Positions 1 to 9,917 of a stretch of 64,000 bases of DNA are shown piece after piece. A program made the position numbers and the translations under genes. The notes under the pieces were generated by a model that saw only the letters and a list, made by a program, of their open reading frames with translations, was not told the origin of the DNA and did no database searches. Source of the stretch: Bacteroidaceae bacterium (GTDB taxonomy: Bacteria > Spirochaetota > Spirochaetia > Sphaerochaetales > Sphaerochaetaceae). Position 1 is the first letter of the stretch; each line of letters starts with the position of its first letter. The stretch spans positions 11,811-75,810 of the forward strand of contig CAVBWZ010000012.1 in assembly GCA_963599445.1 (NCBI GenBank), given 5' to 3'.

Positions 1-60
1 TTCTTGTATTCATTTAGATGAGGGACTTATGTTCCTCCAAAACTCGTTTGGAGGGTTTCT

Positions 61-1065
61 ATGGAATGCAAGGAAAGGTTCGCCGTTGTGCTTATGGTCG
101 TTGCACTTGCCGTCATGTCGTGTTCGTGCAAGGCTCAGCCAGAGGGTCGTCCAAGTGGAAGTGGGGCTTTGTGCATCGCCACTTGGAATGTCCAGAACAT
201 CTTCGATGCCGTGGATGATGGCACCGAGTACGAGGAGTACACAAAGGCATCGGGTTGGAACGAAGAGGCGTACGCAAGACGTCTTGCCGGTGCCGCTGAC
301 GTGCTTTCCCAAATCCCGTCATGTGGTGACTATATCGTTGTGTTGAATGAAGTTGAGAATGCCAATGTCGTGGAGGCTGTCTTTTCCCAGCGGGCCTTGT
401 CGGGGCATGAAGTCTCCCAGTTCGCGTTTGCAAAGGCGCCCGGTGGTGCCATGGGTCTTGCGGTGGCCTCGTCGTTGCCGATCGTGCACGCAAAGGTCCA
501 TGCCGTGGGTGATGGCCTAAGACCTGTCCTGGAGGTCGCCCTCAAGACCGATTCTGGTGTGCTCTTCGTCCTTGCGGTGCATTTCAAGTCCAATGTGGGA
601 GGTGTGGAGGAGACATCTTCCATGCGTGCGTTGGCCGGCGAGGTCGTGGCCCAGGTAGCTGCATCCATTTTGGAAGGGAATCCGGGGAGCCTTGTCGTTG
701 TATGCGGTGATTTCAACGAGGAGTGCTGGGATGGGAATTCAATGGGGCGCAGTCATGGGTCCAGTGCACCCCTTGCGGTTTCCAGTACGTTTGGACGTGG
801 CATGTGGTATTGTCCGTGGTTGGATTCGTCGAACGAAATATGGCCTGGAGGTTCGTACAGCTACAACGGGGTCTGGAAATGCTATGACAACATCCTGGTT
901 TCGTCTGCGGGCAGGGATGGTTTTGGATATGAGCTTGGCAGGTGCGGCGTTGTGTTCTCAGGCTCCATACGGGGAGCGGACGACAAGCCAAACGCATGGA
1001 GAAGGGATCTTCTGAAGGGTGTGTCGGATCACTTGCCTGTGTGGGCGGTGTTCGATGCGCTGTAG
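61..1065 (+). CDS. endonuclease/exonuclease/phosphatase (EEP) family lipoprotein
   Basis: 334-aa ORF. N-terminal signal peptide has a lipobox-like AVMSC. C-terminal GVSDHLPVWAVFD is typical of the EEP/DNase I-like fold. GGAGGG lies upstream of ATG 61. Confidence 0.7.
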   Translation: MECKERFAVVLMVVALAVMSCSCKAQPEGRPSGSGALCIATWNVQNIFDAVDDGTEYEEYTKASGWNEEAYARRLAGAADVLSQIPSCGDYIVVLNEVENANVVEAVFSQRALSGHEVSQFAFAKAPGGAMGLAVASSLPIVHAKVHAVGDGLRPVLEVALKTDSGVLFVLAVHFKSNVGGVEETSSMRALAGEVVAQVAASILEGNPGSLVVVCGDFNEECWDGNSMGRSHGSSAPLAVSSTFGRGMWYCPWLDSSNEIWPGGSYSYNGVWKCYDNILVSSAGRDGFGYELGRCGVVFSGSIRGADDKPNAWRRDLLKGVSDHLPVWAVFDAL

Positions 1066-1271
1066 AAGTTGGGTCTCTGGTTCGTTGCGTCGTGTATCGA
1101 GGGTTGCGGGTTGCTTGTTGAGGCCTGCTTGTTGTGGGGTTTCTTGTTGTGGTTGTAAATCCGCATTGCAGGATGTAGAATGTTGGAAGGGCCACGCTTT
1201 TGGAATGCCTGTAGGGTGTCCATGGTGCTTTTGAGGCGTTCGTGATGCGTGGCGGCTTAGGAGGAACCAAC

Positions 1272-2375
1272 GTGCATACAACACCTGTCTACGAGGCGTA
1301 CAAAGACTATCCACACATGAAGCTCATAGATTTTGGAGGATGGGACCTTCCCGTGAACTTCGAAGCTGGAATAATAGCCGAACACAATGCTGTCAGAAGC
1401 GATGCTGGGATGTTCGATGTTTCGCATATGGGTGAATGCCTTGTGCAAGGGCCTGGCGCGAGGGCTTTTCTGGATGGGCTTGTCACGAACGATGTTTCAA
1501 CTCAGCCCATAGGCCGTGCCCTCTATGCGGTGATGTGCTACGAAAACGGCACCTGCGTCGACGACCTTATTCTGTACTGTCTTAGGGAGGACCTCTTCTT
1601 TGTGGTGATGAACGCATCCAACGTTGAGAAGGACCTTGCTTGGATAATGGCCCATAAACCGCAGGAAGGCGTGGAAATCACGGATTTGAGCGGTGTTACG
1701 GCACAGATTGCGGTACAGGGGCCAAAGGCGGTGGAGTATGTTTCAAGGCTCCTTCCAACTGCTGGCGACCTTGGTTTCTTTGGTTTGGACTACAAGAGCG
1801 GAATGCTTGGAAAAGAGTGCATAGTTGGAAGGACTGGCTATACCGGAGAGGACGGCTTTGAGATATACTGCGCAGCTGAAGACGGAGTCATGCTGTGGAA
1901 CGAGTTTGCGAAGATGGGCGTGCAGCCCTGCGGCCTTGGAGCAAGGGACACCCTTAGGCTTGAGGCTAAGCTTCCTTTGTATGGACATGAGATATCTGAT
2001 GGCATAACGCCTCTTGAGGCCAACCTTGGCGTGTTCGTCAAGTTGGACAAGGCCGGTGACTTCATTGGGAAGGCAGCGCTTGCCAAACAGCAGGAGGAAG
2101 GCATCCCAAGGTCGTTGAGGGGTTTTGAGATGGTTGACGGCGGTGTCGCCCGCAACGGCTACCCCGTCTTGCTTGGAGACCGAGAGATTGGCTATGTAAC
2201 AAGCGGATGCAAGAGTCCTACGCTTGACAAGTTCGTGGGCCTTGCCCTCATGGAGAGGAAGACAGGTCTCAAGTTTGGAGACTCCATTGAGATCGTGATA
2301 CACAACAAGCCAAAGAAGGCGGTCCTCGTCAAGACTCCGTTCTACAAAAGAGGAAAGCGGAACGACGATAAGTAA
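1272..2375 (+). CDS. gcvT: aminomethyltransferase (glycine cleavage system T protein)
   Basis: TPVYE..KLIDFGGWDLPVNF..EHNAVRSDAGMFDVSHMGE and GYTGEDGFEIY match GcvT. ORF opens at 1242. GTG 1272 follows AGGAGGA with 6 nt spacing and is the likelier start. Confidence 0.85.
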   Translation: MHTTPVYEAYKDYPHMKLIDFGGWDLPVNFEAGIIAEHNAVRSDAGMFDVSHMGECLVQGPGARAFLDGLVTNDVSTQPIGRALYAVMCYENGTCVDDLILYCLREDLFFVVMNASNVEKDLAWIMAHKPQEGVEITDLSGVTAQIAVQGPKAVEYVSRLLPTAGDLGFFGLDYKSGMLGKECIVGRTGYTGEDGFEIYCAAEDGVMLWNEFAKMGVQPCGLGARDTLRLEAKLPLYGHEISDGITPLEANLGVFVKLDKAGDFIGKAALAKQQEEGIPRSLRGFEMVDGGVARNGYPVLLGDREIGYVTSGCKSPTLDKFVGLALMERKTGLKFGDSIEIVIHNKPKKAVLVKTPFYKRGKRNDDK

Positions 2376-2467
2376 CCATTTCCAACGGTGTTTCCCAACA
2401 TGTACGGCCCATCGTGTTGACGGGGTTTGTCCTGTACTGTATCCTAACAAAACGGAGAAAAAGAGGA

Positions 2468-3964
2468 ATGAAAGCAAACAAGACGCTCACGATGGTCGTT
2501 GTCCTTTTAGGGTTGGTGGTTTTGGGAGCATGGGCCGATGGTTTTGTGCAGTCCCCATTGTTTTCGGATACTGAAAGCTATTCGTATTGCTATCAACTGG
2601 GCATGGACGGAAGTTCTCCATCGATGCCATCGAATGCGGTCAGCATCGCCATTGCAAACGGCTCGTCCTATCCTGTCACACCGGGGGACTCATTCGTACT
2701 GACCTATGTGGATGGAAACAGAAACGTGTCAATGTCGTTCCAAGTGGACAACGGCTACAGAATAGTGGTTCCATCCCTTACGACGATAGATACGAAGGGA
2801 AGGACATTGAATGGTCTCAAGGAATATGTTGAAGGGTTGGTCTCCACCTACTATCCATATTCGACTCCAAAGCTAACACTGACCGGTTGTGGAATGTTCC
2901 AGGTTCAGGTGACTGGAGAGGTCCCGTATTCAAGGCTGGTCCAGACATGGGGCATGGCGACTTTGTCGGATTTCGCATCCCTTGCTGGCCAGTATGCTTC
3001 CACTAGGAGGGTTGAGGTCACATTTGCCAATGGTGAGGTGAAGGAGTTCGACCTCTACAAGGCCACTAGGGAGAACTCAAAGGATGATGACATCCTTGTT
3101 TCTCCGGGATGTTCGATTAGGTTCCTGAAGGCATCGACTACTGTGACGGTCAAAGGTGCGGTTTCAAGACCCGGTGCATACCAGCCGTTGGAAGGGGAAT
3201 CCCTTGGTGAAATAGTGGAGCGTTACTGCAATGGGTTGCTTCTCGATGCGGACTTCTCTTCTGTATCGGTCTCAAGGAACGAGAATGGTACGTATGTCTC
3301 AAGGCTCCTTGACGCACAGTCCTGGAAGTCCTACGTCCCGTGCGACGGAGACTACGTGAACTTTGGCTCGTACTACAAGTCAAAGCCTTATGTCACCATC
3401 ATTGGGGCTGTATCGGGCGGCTCGATGTATGGTTCGAGTTCGAACAAGATGACGTACTACTTCGTGGAGGGGGAGACCGTCGAGCAGTTGCTTAGAAGCA
3501 CATCCGGTCTCATTTCTTCCTCCTGCGACATTGAAGGCATATACCTGCTGAGAGGTGGAGAGGAGATTCCCGTGGATGGAGCGTCCGTATTCACTTCCGG
3601 AGAGAAAGGCTCTACAGTCCTGCAGCAAGGGGATGTAGTCGTTTTGCCTTTCGCGCAGCTGTTCGTTACGGTGAACGGCGCTGTTCAGAATCCCGGAAAC
3701 TATGCATATGTGCCGGGAGAGTCCGCGGAGTATTACATAGGCCTTGCAGGTGGACTTTCCTTGGATGCAAGGGCTGATAGGAAGCTCAATGTGTTCGATG
3801 AAACGGGAAAGGCGGTGAGACGCAGCGCACCGATAGGGGGGGGATATACCATCACCGCTGCAAAGGATACCCTTGGAAGGGACCTTGCGGTGGCATCCTC
3901 CGTGATCGTGTTTGCGACATCGGTGTTCATGATGATTTCAGGGATAAGCAATTTGGCCAAATAA
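2468..3964 (+). CDS. SLBB-domain polysaccharide export protein (Wza-like periplasmic component)
   Basis: Signal peptide MKANKTLTMVVVLLGLVVLGAWA. Three repeats of the V-T-V-x-G-A-V-x-x-P-G-x-Y beta-grasp (SLBB) pattern. Adjacent to a Wzz/Wzc-like gene. ATG 2468 follows AGAGGA. Confidence 0.6.
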   Translation: MKANKTLTMVVVLLGLVVLGAWADGFVQSPLFSDTESYSYCYQLGMDGSSPSMPSNAVSIAIANGSSYPVTPGDSFVLTYVDGNRNVSMSFQVDNGYRIVVPSLTTIDTKGRTLNGLKEYVEGLVSTYYPYSTPKLTLTGCGMFQVQVTGEVPYSRLVQTWGMATLSDFASLAGQYASTRRVEVTFANGEVKEFDLYKATRENSKDDDILVSPGCSIRFLKASTTVTVKGAVSRPGAYQPLEGESLGEIVERYCNGLLLDADFSSVSVSRNENGTYVSRLLDAQSWKSYVPCDGDYVNFGSYYKSKPYVTIIGAVSGGSMYGSSSNKMTYYFVEGETVEQLLRSTSGLISSSCDIEGIYLLRGGEEIPVDGASVFTSGEKGSTVLQQGDVVVLPFAQLFVTVNGAVQNPGNYAYVPGESAEYYIGLAGGLSLDARADRKLNVFDETGKAVRRSAPIGGGYTITAAKDTLGRDLAVASSVIVFATSVFMMISGISNLAK

Positions 3965-3989
3965 AGGGGTCGAATAAGGGAGAATTTAT

Positions 3990-6302
3990 ATGATTGAACA
4001 GAAAGAAGGGGCCACCATATACGAAACGATGACCCCAAACCATGAAGATAGCCAAGAAATTTCACTCATGCAGCTGTTTGAGATAGCAAAGAGGAGAAGA
4101 GGTCTCATTGCGTTGTGTACGTTTGCCGTAGTGCTGTGCGCCTTTGTGTACGTTATGTTCAAGGGTGTCTCGTATGAGTCCACATCCACAGTGGTCGTTG
4201 AGCCAATAGCCAACAATACGTCCATATTCTCCAGTGATGGAGGAAGCCGTTCATCGGATGTATCCATGGAGCTCCAGCTTCTCAAGTCGGACAAGGTCAT
4301 GCAGGATGCTTTGGCTATGTTGGACCTTTCCTCGTATGAGGATTCAAAGGGAGTCCCTTATTCCCAGAAACCGGCCAAGGACTGGGAGCTTGACAACGTT
4401 GCCAAGATGATAACCATATCGAATCCTGACAAGAGCAAGGTCATAACCGTTACCGTCAAGGATTCGAATCCTAGGTTCTGCGCGGATTTTGCCAATGCGT
4501 TGGTGAGCGCGTTTTCGGATCTCCTGTCAACGACGGCCAAGAGCACGAAGACCCAGCTTCTTGAATTTGTGGAGAAGCAGATCCCTGAGACGACTGCCCT
4601 GCTTGAAGCCTCCAACGATGCTCTTACGAAGTACAAGGAGGAGAACGAGACCATAAAGATATCGGATAGGGTGTCTCTGCTGTCCAACCGTATCGTGGCG
4701 TTCGATGTCATGATGGAGCCTCTGGAGATGCAGCTTGTCGAAAGCGAGACCTTGATGAACTCGCTTTCCTCTTTGGTGGATGGCCTTCCCTCCGTTGACG
4801 TGATCATGGCTGACGAGGGTATTGCGTCTCTTTTGAACGAATACAGGGCCGCCGCGACCGAGTTCTACATGTACAAGGGTTCTACTTCGATTGCCGATGA
4901 GACCAGAATCGCGACACTGGAGAACTCCCTTGGTACGAAGGAGAGGGAGCTTGCCGTCCAGATCGTCTCCGTAAGCGGAATGACCGGCGTGTCGTCGTAT
5001 GCCAAGGCTGTCATAGACTATCTTGGAGCGAAGATAAGGCTAAGCGTTCTGAAGACCCTAGAGGCTCAGTACAACGAAGAGCTTGCCAAATATCCTTCCA
5101 TAGAGAGGAAGCTTACGGAGCTTCAGGCCGATGTCTCCATATACAAGTCCCTGCAGTCGTCCCTCAAGACTACATACGAAAGGACCAAGATAGAGGAAGC
5201 CTCAATATCAAGCAACATAGAGATAGTCGACTATGCAGCGGTTCCTTCACAGTCGCTTCCAAGAAAGAGAGCCATGACGCTTGCCGTGGCGTTCGTCCTT
5301 GGTTTTGGAGGTGGATGCCTTTTGGCCTTTGTACTTGAACTTACTGATTCGCACATAAAGGACGAGGACGTCATAAGAGCCTGCATTGGAAAGTCTCCAA
5401 GGCCTTTGGGGTGGACATTGCATTGCGTTGAGCGAAGAAAGGCGAAGAAGGGTCGCACCTGCCTTGAGATGGTCGAGGATTCTGAATCCTGCTTTGCGGA
5501 GCGCTACAAGGCGATTGCGAACAACCTCATAAGCGTTGTGGATGGCTCTTCTGAAACCGGTGACCTTCGTGAAGGTGCCGGTACGGTCATTGCCTTTGGT
5601 TCAATGGATGAGCATGAAGGGGCTTCCCAGGTGCTTTGCAACGTTGGAGTCTATTATGCTTCGATTGGCCGCAAGACCTTGGTTGTAGATGTCGACGGTC
5701 GCACCTGCATGGTAGAGGGGCTGTTTGGAATCAAAAAGCCTGCCCTTGGTGTATCCGATGTAGTCAAGGAAGGAGTTCCTCTTGAAATGTGCATAGTCAA
5801 GCCTTTCAAGGGGCTGTCGAATCTGCATTTCCTTTCCAGTGGAAAAGCTCAGTTCAATCCAAATTCCATATACAGCGCAAAGGAGTTCCGTTCGATGATG
5901 GAAAAGCTCTCCAAGGTCTATGATCTCGTACTTGTGAATGCACCGGCTTTCGCCTATGCCTCGGAGATCCAGAGCCTTTCTTCTAGCATCGGCGGCATTG
6001 TCTTCGTTGCCAGAGCTGGTTTTGGGACCAAGGGTTCGTTGTACGGTTTTGCACAGGAGATTCCTTTCCTGGACGCTCCTGTAATCGGCTACGTATATCA
6101 CGGAGTGGTTCCTGCCAACCAAGGACGTTGCGGTGCAAACTGCAAATACGAGGTGTCCGGCAATGTGGGTACTGTGTATGAGGTTGGAAAGGGCTCCTAC
6201 AAAGCCATAAACAAAAATCAGATCAGGTGCCGTCGTTCGTTTGGCTCTTATCCTGCAGAGCTTGCGTTTGCAAAGGAGAAGGTCAAAGGGGTCGAAGGCT
6301 AA
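3990..6302 (+). CDS. Wzz/GumC-type chain-length determinant fused to a degenerate BY-kinase-like domain
   Basis: 770 aa. N-terminal TM, long coiled periplasmic region and second TM (LAVAFVLGFGGGCLLAFVL). The C-terminal domain keeps BY-kinase-like VVDVDGR and SSGK..NPNS motifs but lacks a GK[ST] P-loop. Confidence 0.65.
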   Translation: MIEQKEGATIYETMTPNHEDSQEISLMQLFEIAKRRRGLIALCTFAVVLCAFVYVMFKGVSYESTSTVVVEPIANNTSIFSSDGGSRSSDVSMELQLLKSDKVMQDALAMLDLSSYEDSKGVPYSQKPAKDWELDNVAKMITISNPDKSKVITVTVKDSNPRFCADFANALVSAFSDLLSTTAKSTKTQLLEFVEKQIPETTALLEASNDALTKYKEENETIKISDRVSLLSNRIVAFDVMMEPLEMQLVESETLMNSLSSLVDGLPSVDVIMADEGIASLLNEYRAAATEFYMYKGSTSIADETRIATLENSLGTKERELAVQIVSVSGMTGVSSYAKAVIDYLGAKIRLSVLKTLEAQYNEELAKYPSIERKLTELQADVSIYKSLQSSLKTTYERTKIEEASISSNIEIVDYAAVPSQSLPRKRAMTLAVAFVLGFGGGCLLAFVLELTDSHIKDEDVIRACIGKSPRPLGWTLHCVERRKAKKGRTCLEMVEDSESCFAERYKAIANNLISVVDGSSETGDLREGAGTVIAFGSMDEHEGASQVLCNVGVYYASIGRKTLVVDVDGRTCMVEGLFGIKKPALGVSDVVKEGVPLEMCIVKPFKGLSNLHFLSSGKAQFNPNSIYSAKEFRSMMEKLSKVYDLVLVNAPAFAYASEIQSLSSSIGGIVFVARAGFGTKGSLYGFAQEIPFLDAPVIGYVYHGVVPANQGRCGANCKYEVSGNVGTVYEVGKGSYKAINKNQIRCRRSFGSYPAELAFAKEKVKGVEG

Positions 6303-6327
6303 GGATTGGTTAAGATTCGCTTTCGGT

Positions 6328-6361
6328 GGAGGTCTCCTTTTGATGGAGACCTTTCTTTTTG
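6328..6361 (+). terminator. rho-independent terminator
   Basis: GGAGGTCTCC / GGAGACCT stem followed by TTCTTTTT, 26 nt after the stop at 6302. Confidence 0.7.
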
Positions 6362-6505
6362 ATGATTTTGCATGAATTGATGGTTCACAGTCCGTCTTGA
6401 TTCTTGCTATCTTAGATTTGTTGGTCGTTTGTCTTCAGCGGGGCCTTCGTTCTTGGATTTGAATGGCCGCCCGCTGATTTCTTTTCTGATACATGAGGAG
6501 TCAAG

Positions 6506-7972
6506 ATGGATTTCGTAGGAAAACTCAAGGAGACTTTGTACTCCGTCCTCCCCATTGTTGGAGTGGTGCTTGTTCTGAACTTCACCATAGCCCCGCTAGG
6601 TGACAGCCTTGCTCCGTTCCTTTTGGGATCCGTGTTCCTTGTGCTTGGACTTTCGCTGTTTCTGGCAGGAACTGACATTGGCATGGTTCCAATAGGCGAG
6701 AAGCTTGGATATGTCCTTGCACACAAGAGAAGTACGGTTCTTATGCTTGTGATTGGCTTCATCGTTGGATTCTGCGTCACGTTCGCAGAGCCCGATGTCA
6801 GTGTGCTTGCATCCCAGGTGCATAGCCTGAACCCTTCCATAAACCAGCAGTTCTTGGTATTCATGATTGCTCTGGGTCTTGGTGTGTTCGTTGACATAGG
6901 CCTTTTGAGAATTCTCAAGAGATATCCTCTCAAATGGGTCTTGATGGTGTTCTACATCATCGTGTTCGTGCTTGTCGCTTTTGCAGGGCAGTCCATGGCC
7001 TCCATTGCGTTCGATGCAAGCGGTGCCACGACAGGTCCTTTGGCCGTTCCTTTCCTTCTTGCCCTTGGACTTGGCGTTTCTTCCGCTACAAAGGATGGAC
7101 AGGACAGCAGCTTTGGCCTTACAGGTGTGGCCTCCATTGGCCCTATCCTTGCCGTTGCATTGATGGCCATCTTTGCAGGTCGTGGTGGTGCAGGTGAGTC
7201 CGCAGCTTTGGCTTCAGGCGAAACGGCTCATGCCTTGTCCCTGTGGGGTGTGATGCTTGAGAAGATAAAGACCACCGCCATTGGCTTTGGTCCGCTTGCA
7301 GCTATAATCATCATACTTCAATTCGTCCTGCTCCACTTTCCAACGGTGAAGTTCAGGAAGATAATCTTTGGTATCATATACAGTTTTGTTGGGATCGTAA
7401 TCTTCCTCACTGGTGTTGACTATGGTTTCGTCGGCGTTGGAAGACAGCTTGGACAGATGATTTCCGCAAACTACAGCCCTGCCGTGGTCATTGGTCTTGC
7501 CCTTGTGTTCGGTGGAATCGTCGTATGCGCAGAGCCTGCCGTATGGGTGCTCAAGAATCAGGTCGAAACTGTAACTGCTGGTAGGATAAAGGGTTCCCTT
7601 GTCATGATGTTCCTTTGCATAGGCGTTGCAGGCGCAGTTGCCCTTGCCATGGTGAGGATCCTGTTTGAAATAAACTATCTGTGGTTCGTGTTCATTGGTG
7701 TTGGCCTTGCATTGGTGCTTACGCTTTTCTCTCCGCCGCTGTTCACAGGCATTGCGTTCGATTCCGGTGGCGTTGCCAGCGGTCCAATGAGCACTACGTT
7801 CCTGCTTTCGTTCGCTTTGGGTGTGTCCGGGTCTGCAGAGCTGGGCTTTGGCCTTGTTGGACTTATTGCAATATCCCCATTGATTGCAATCCAGATTTTG
7901 GGCATTATCTTCCGTATAAAGGAGAAGAAAGGGCTTTCAAAGGAGGCGAAGAATGCTGTTTCTGAAAAATAA
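6506..7972 (+). CDS. DUF1538-family integral membrane protein (fused two-repeat form)
   Basis: 488-aa polytopic membrane ORF with internally duplicated architecture. Its start and Gly-rich TM segments resemble DUF1538. It is followed by a P-II-like gene, the usual DUF1538 partner. Confidence 0.55.
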   Translation: MDFVGKLKETLYSVLPIVGVVLVLNFTIAPLGDSLAPFLLGSVFLVLGLSLFLAGTDIGMVPIGEKLGYVLAHKRSTVLMLVIGFIVGFCVTFAEPDVSVLASQVHSLNPSINQQFLVFMIALGLGVFVDIGLLRILKRYPLKWVLMVFYIIVFVLVAFAGQSMASIAFDASGATTGPLAVPFLLALGLGVSSATKDGQDSSFGLTGVASIGPILAVALMAIFAGRGGAGESAALASGETAHALSLWGVMLEKIKTTAIGFGPLAAIIIILQFVLLHFPTVKFRKIIFGIIYSFVGIVIFLTGVDYGFVGVGRQLGQMISANYSPAVVIGLALVFGGIVVCAEPAVWVLKNQVETVTAGRIKGSLVMMFLCIGVAGAVALAMVRILFEINYLWFVFIGVGLALVLTLFSPPLFTGIAFDSGGVASGPMSTTFLLSFALGVSGSAELGFGLVGLIAISPLIAIQILGIIFRIKEKKGLSKEAKNAVSEK

Positions 7973-8561
7973 CCTTTTGGTTGCAATCGTTGACCGAGGA
8001 CATGCCGAGCGTTTCTTCGCAATCGCAAAGAAGGAGGGCGCTGGCGGCGGTACGATATTTCCTGCAAAGGGGACTGCCACGAACTCGATTCTGGCAGCCC
8101 TTGGCCTTGGCGACAAATCCAAGGAGGTTGTTCTCATCCTCTTGGACGACGACACCGCCTATCGCATTTTCAATTCTGTTCGCAGCGAGGACAGAATACA
8201 GGGCGTTCTTGCCTTGCTTACCAACGAAGAGGAGAAGGATATGGACTGCAAGTGGAAGATGATTACAGTCATAGTGAATACCGGTTATGCCGATGACATA
8301 ATGGATGCTGCAAGGAAGGCTGGAGCCACAGGCGGAACAGTGACCCACGCGAGGGGCACAGGTACTGCAGAGGATGCCCATTTCCTAGGTGTCACGATAG
8401 TCCCTGAGAAGGAGATGATAATGATTCTGTCAGAATCCGATAAGTCTCAGGCCATCATTGATGCAATCTCCAATCTGGAGTGCCTTGACGAACCCGGCAT
8501 TGGAATAATCTATACGAACGATGTGAAGGAGTTCAGAAACCTGAATTCCAAGAAGCATTGA
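7953..8561 (+). CDS. P-II family signal-transduction-like protein, two tandem P-II-like domains
   Basis: Two repeats of the same pattern: LLVAIVDRGHAERFFAIAKKEGAGGGTIFPAKGT and MITVIVNTGYADDIMDAARKAGATGGTVTHARGT. Overlaps the upstream gene by 20 nt. Confidence 0.55.
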   Translation: MLFLKNNLLVAIVDRGHAERFFAIAKKEGAGGGTIFPAKGTATNSILAALGLGDKSKEVVLILLDDDTAYRIFNSVRSEDRIQGVLALLTNEEEKDMDCKWKMITVIVNTGYADDIMDAARKAGATGGTVTHARGTGTAEDAHFLGVTIVPEKEMIMILSESDKSQAIIDAISNLECLDEPGIGIIYTNDVKEFRNLNSKKH

Positions 8562-9796
8562 GTCTTGGGGCTGACATGATTGCAATACTAGAGGGAAAGG
8601 AAAGGAACCTGTTCAAACACCACCCATGGGTCTTTTCAGGAGCCATGGACGCTTCGACTCTGCCTGCATGTGCAGGTGTGGAGAAGGTCGTAGCCTACGA
8701 TGGGCGCTTCATAGCTTGGGGTTGGTACGACAAGGACAGTCATATTCCTCTACGTCTTCTTTCGTGGAAGGAGGACGACATGCCGGACTCTGCATGGTGG
8801 GAGAGAAGCGTCCGCGAGTCCGTGCTGAGAAGAAAGTCCTTCTTCAGCGATATGTCGTCATCCACCAATGTCTTTAGGATAATCCATGGGGAGGCTGACC
8901 TCCTGCCAGGGCTTGTATCCGATGTCTACGGACGCATCGTGCGAATCATCGTGAGCGCCCGTGTGGCATGGGATATGCGAGAGGTCGTCGTACGTGCCAT
9001 AGAGGGGCTCTTGCACCCTCAGATGATAATCCTCAATACGGATTCCGCCTTCTGTGCCATAGAGAAGCTCCATGAGGTCGTGGAGTACTACCAAGGTGGT
9101 GTTCGCTTCACTCCAGCAGAGAAACTTCCTGAGATGCGCATACGAGAGGACGGCATCTGCTACGGCCTTGTGCCGGGAACGGGGCAGAAGAGCGGCTTCT
9201 ACTGCGACCAGCGCGAAAACCGCAGACGCCTTGAGCAATACGTCAAGGATGCGGTGGTCTTCGATGGCTGCTGCTACACCGGTGGCTTTACGTTGCATGC
9301 CCTTCGTGGTGGCTGCAGAAAGGTGGATGCATTCGACAGCTCGGCCGATGCCGTTCACAGACTTCTTTCCAATGTTCATTTGAACGTGGATCTTGGCGTC
9401 CTTCCTTCGTCCTCGTTGGAGAGGGTGACGGCAAACAAGGCCGATATCTTTGAGACCTTGCGTTCGATACCCCGCAATGCATACGATGTGATGATTCTTG
9501 ACCCTCCAAAGCTTGCACAGACCATCAAATCTCTTGAAAGCGCGAAGAAGGCATACAAGGACCTCAACAGGCTTGCCATGGAGAAGATTCGCAGCGGAGG
9601 CATCCTCATGACCTGTTCCTGCTCAGGCTCGCTGAAACGTGAGGATTTCAGGACGGTTCTTGCCTGGAGTGCAAAGGACGCCGGCGTAGAGGTTCAGATC
9701 CTTGAGACCCTTGGCCAGGGCATGGACCATCCCGTGCGTATGTCGTTTCCAGAGAGCGAATACTTGAAGGCATACATCCTTAGGGTGATAAAGTAG
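8558..9796 (+). CDS. class I SAM-dependent rRNA methyltransferase (RlmI-like, PUA + MTase)
   Basis: HPWVFSGA N-terminal PUA-like start, [10 protein letters not shown], and the DPPKL motif of RlmI/YccW-type 23S rRNA m5C methyltransferases. Alternative start ATG 8576. Confidence 0.7.
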   Translation: MSLGADMIAILEGKERNLFKHHPWVFSGAMDASTLPACAGVEKVVAYDGRFIAWGWYDKDSHIPLRLLSWKEDDMPDSAWWERSVRESVLRRKSFFSDMSSSTNVFRIIHGEADLLPGLVSDVYGRIVRIIVSARVAWDMREVVVRAIEGLLHPQMIILNTDSAFCAIEKLHEVVEYYQGGVRFTPAEKLPEMRIREDGICYGLVPGTGQKSGFYCDQRENRRRLEQYVKDAVVFDGCCYTGGFTLHALRGGCRKVDAFDSSADAVHRLLSNVHLNVDLGVLPSSSLERVTANKADIFETLRSIPRNAYDVMILDPPKLAQTIKSLESAKKAYKDLNRLAMEKIRSGGILMTCSCSGSLKREDFRTVLAWSAKDAGVEVQILETLGQGMDHPVRMSFPESEYLKAYILRVIK

Positions 9797-9917
9797 CTTT
9801 CGCCCGTTGCCGTTGCCTTTTCAGCTTGAAAAAGTCCTCCGTGTTGAATATCCTTTGGATGTAAGTTCTATATGTGCACCCATAGCCCTTTGTTGTGGGT
9901 TCCAAAGGAGAAAACAA

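Noticed and set aside
1066-1271. Glycine riboswitch upstream of gcvT
   Set aside because: gcvT is a classic glycine-riboswitch target. However, I could not find the conserved GGAGAG...CACCG...CTGGAGAG/ACCGAAGGGGCAA-type cores in this 200 nt. It would need a covariance-model scan (Rfam RF00504) to settle.
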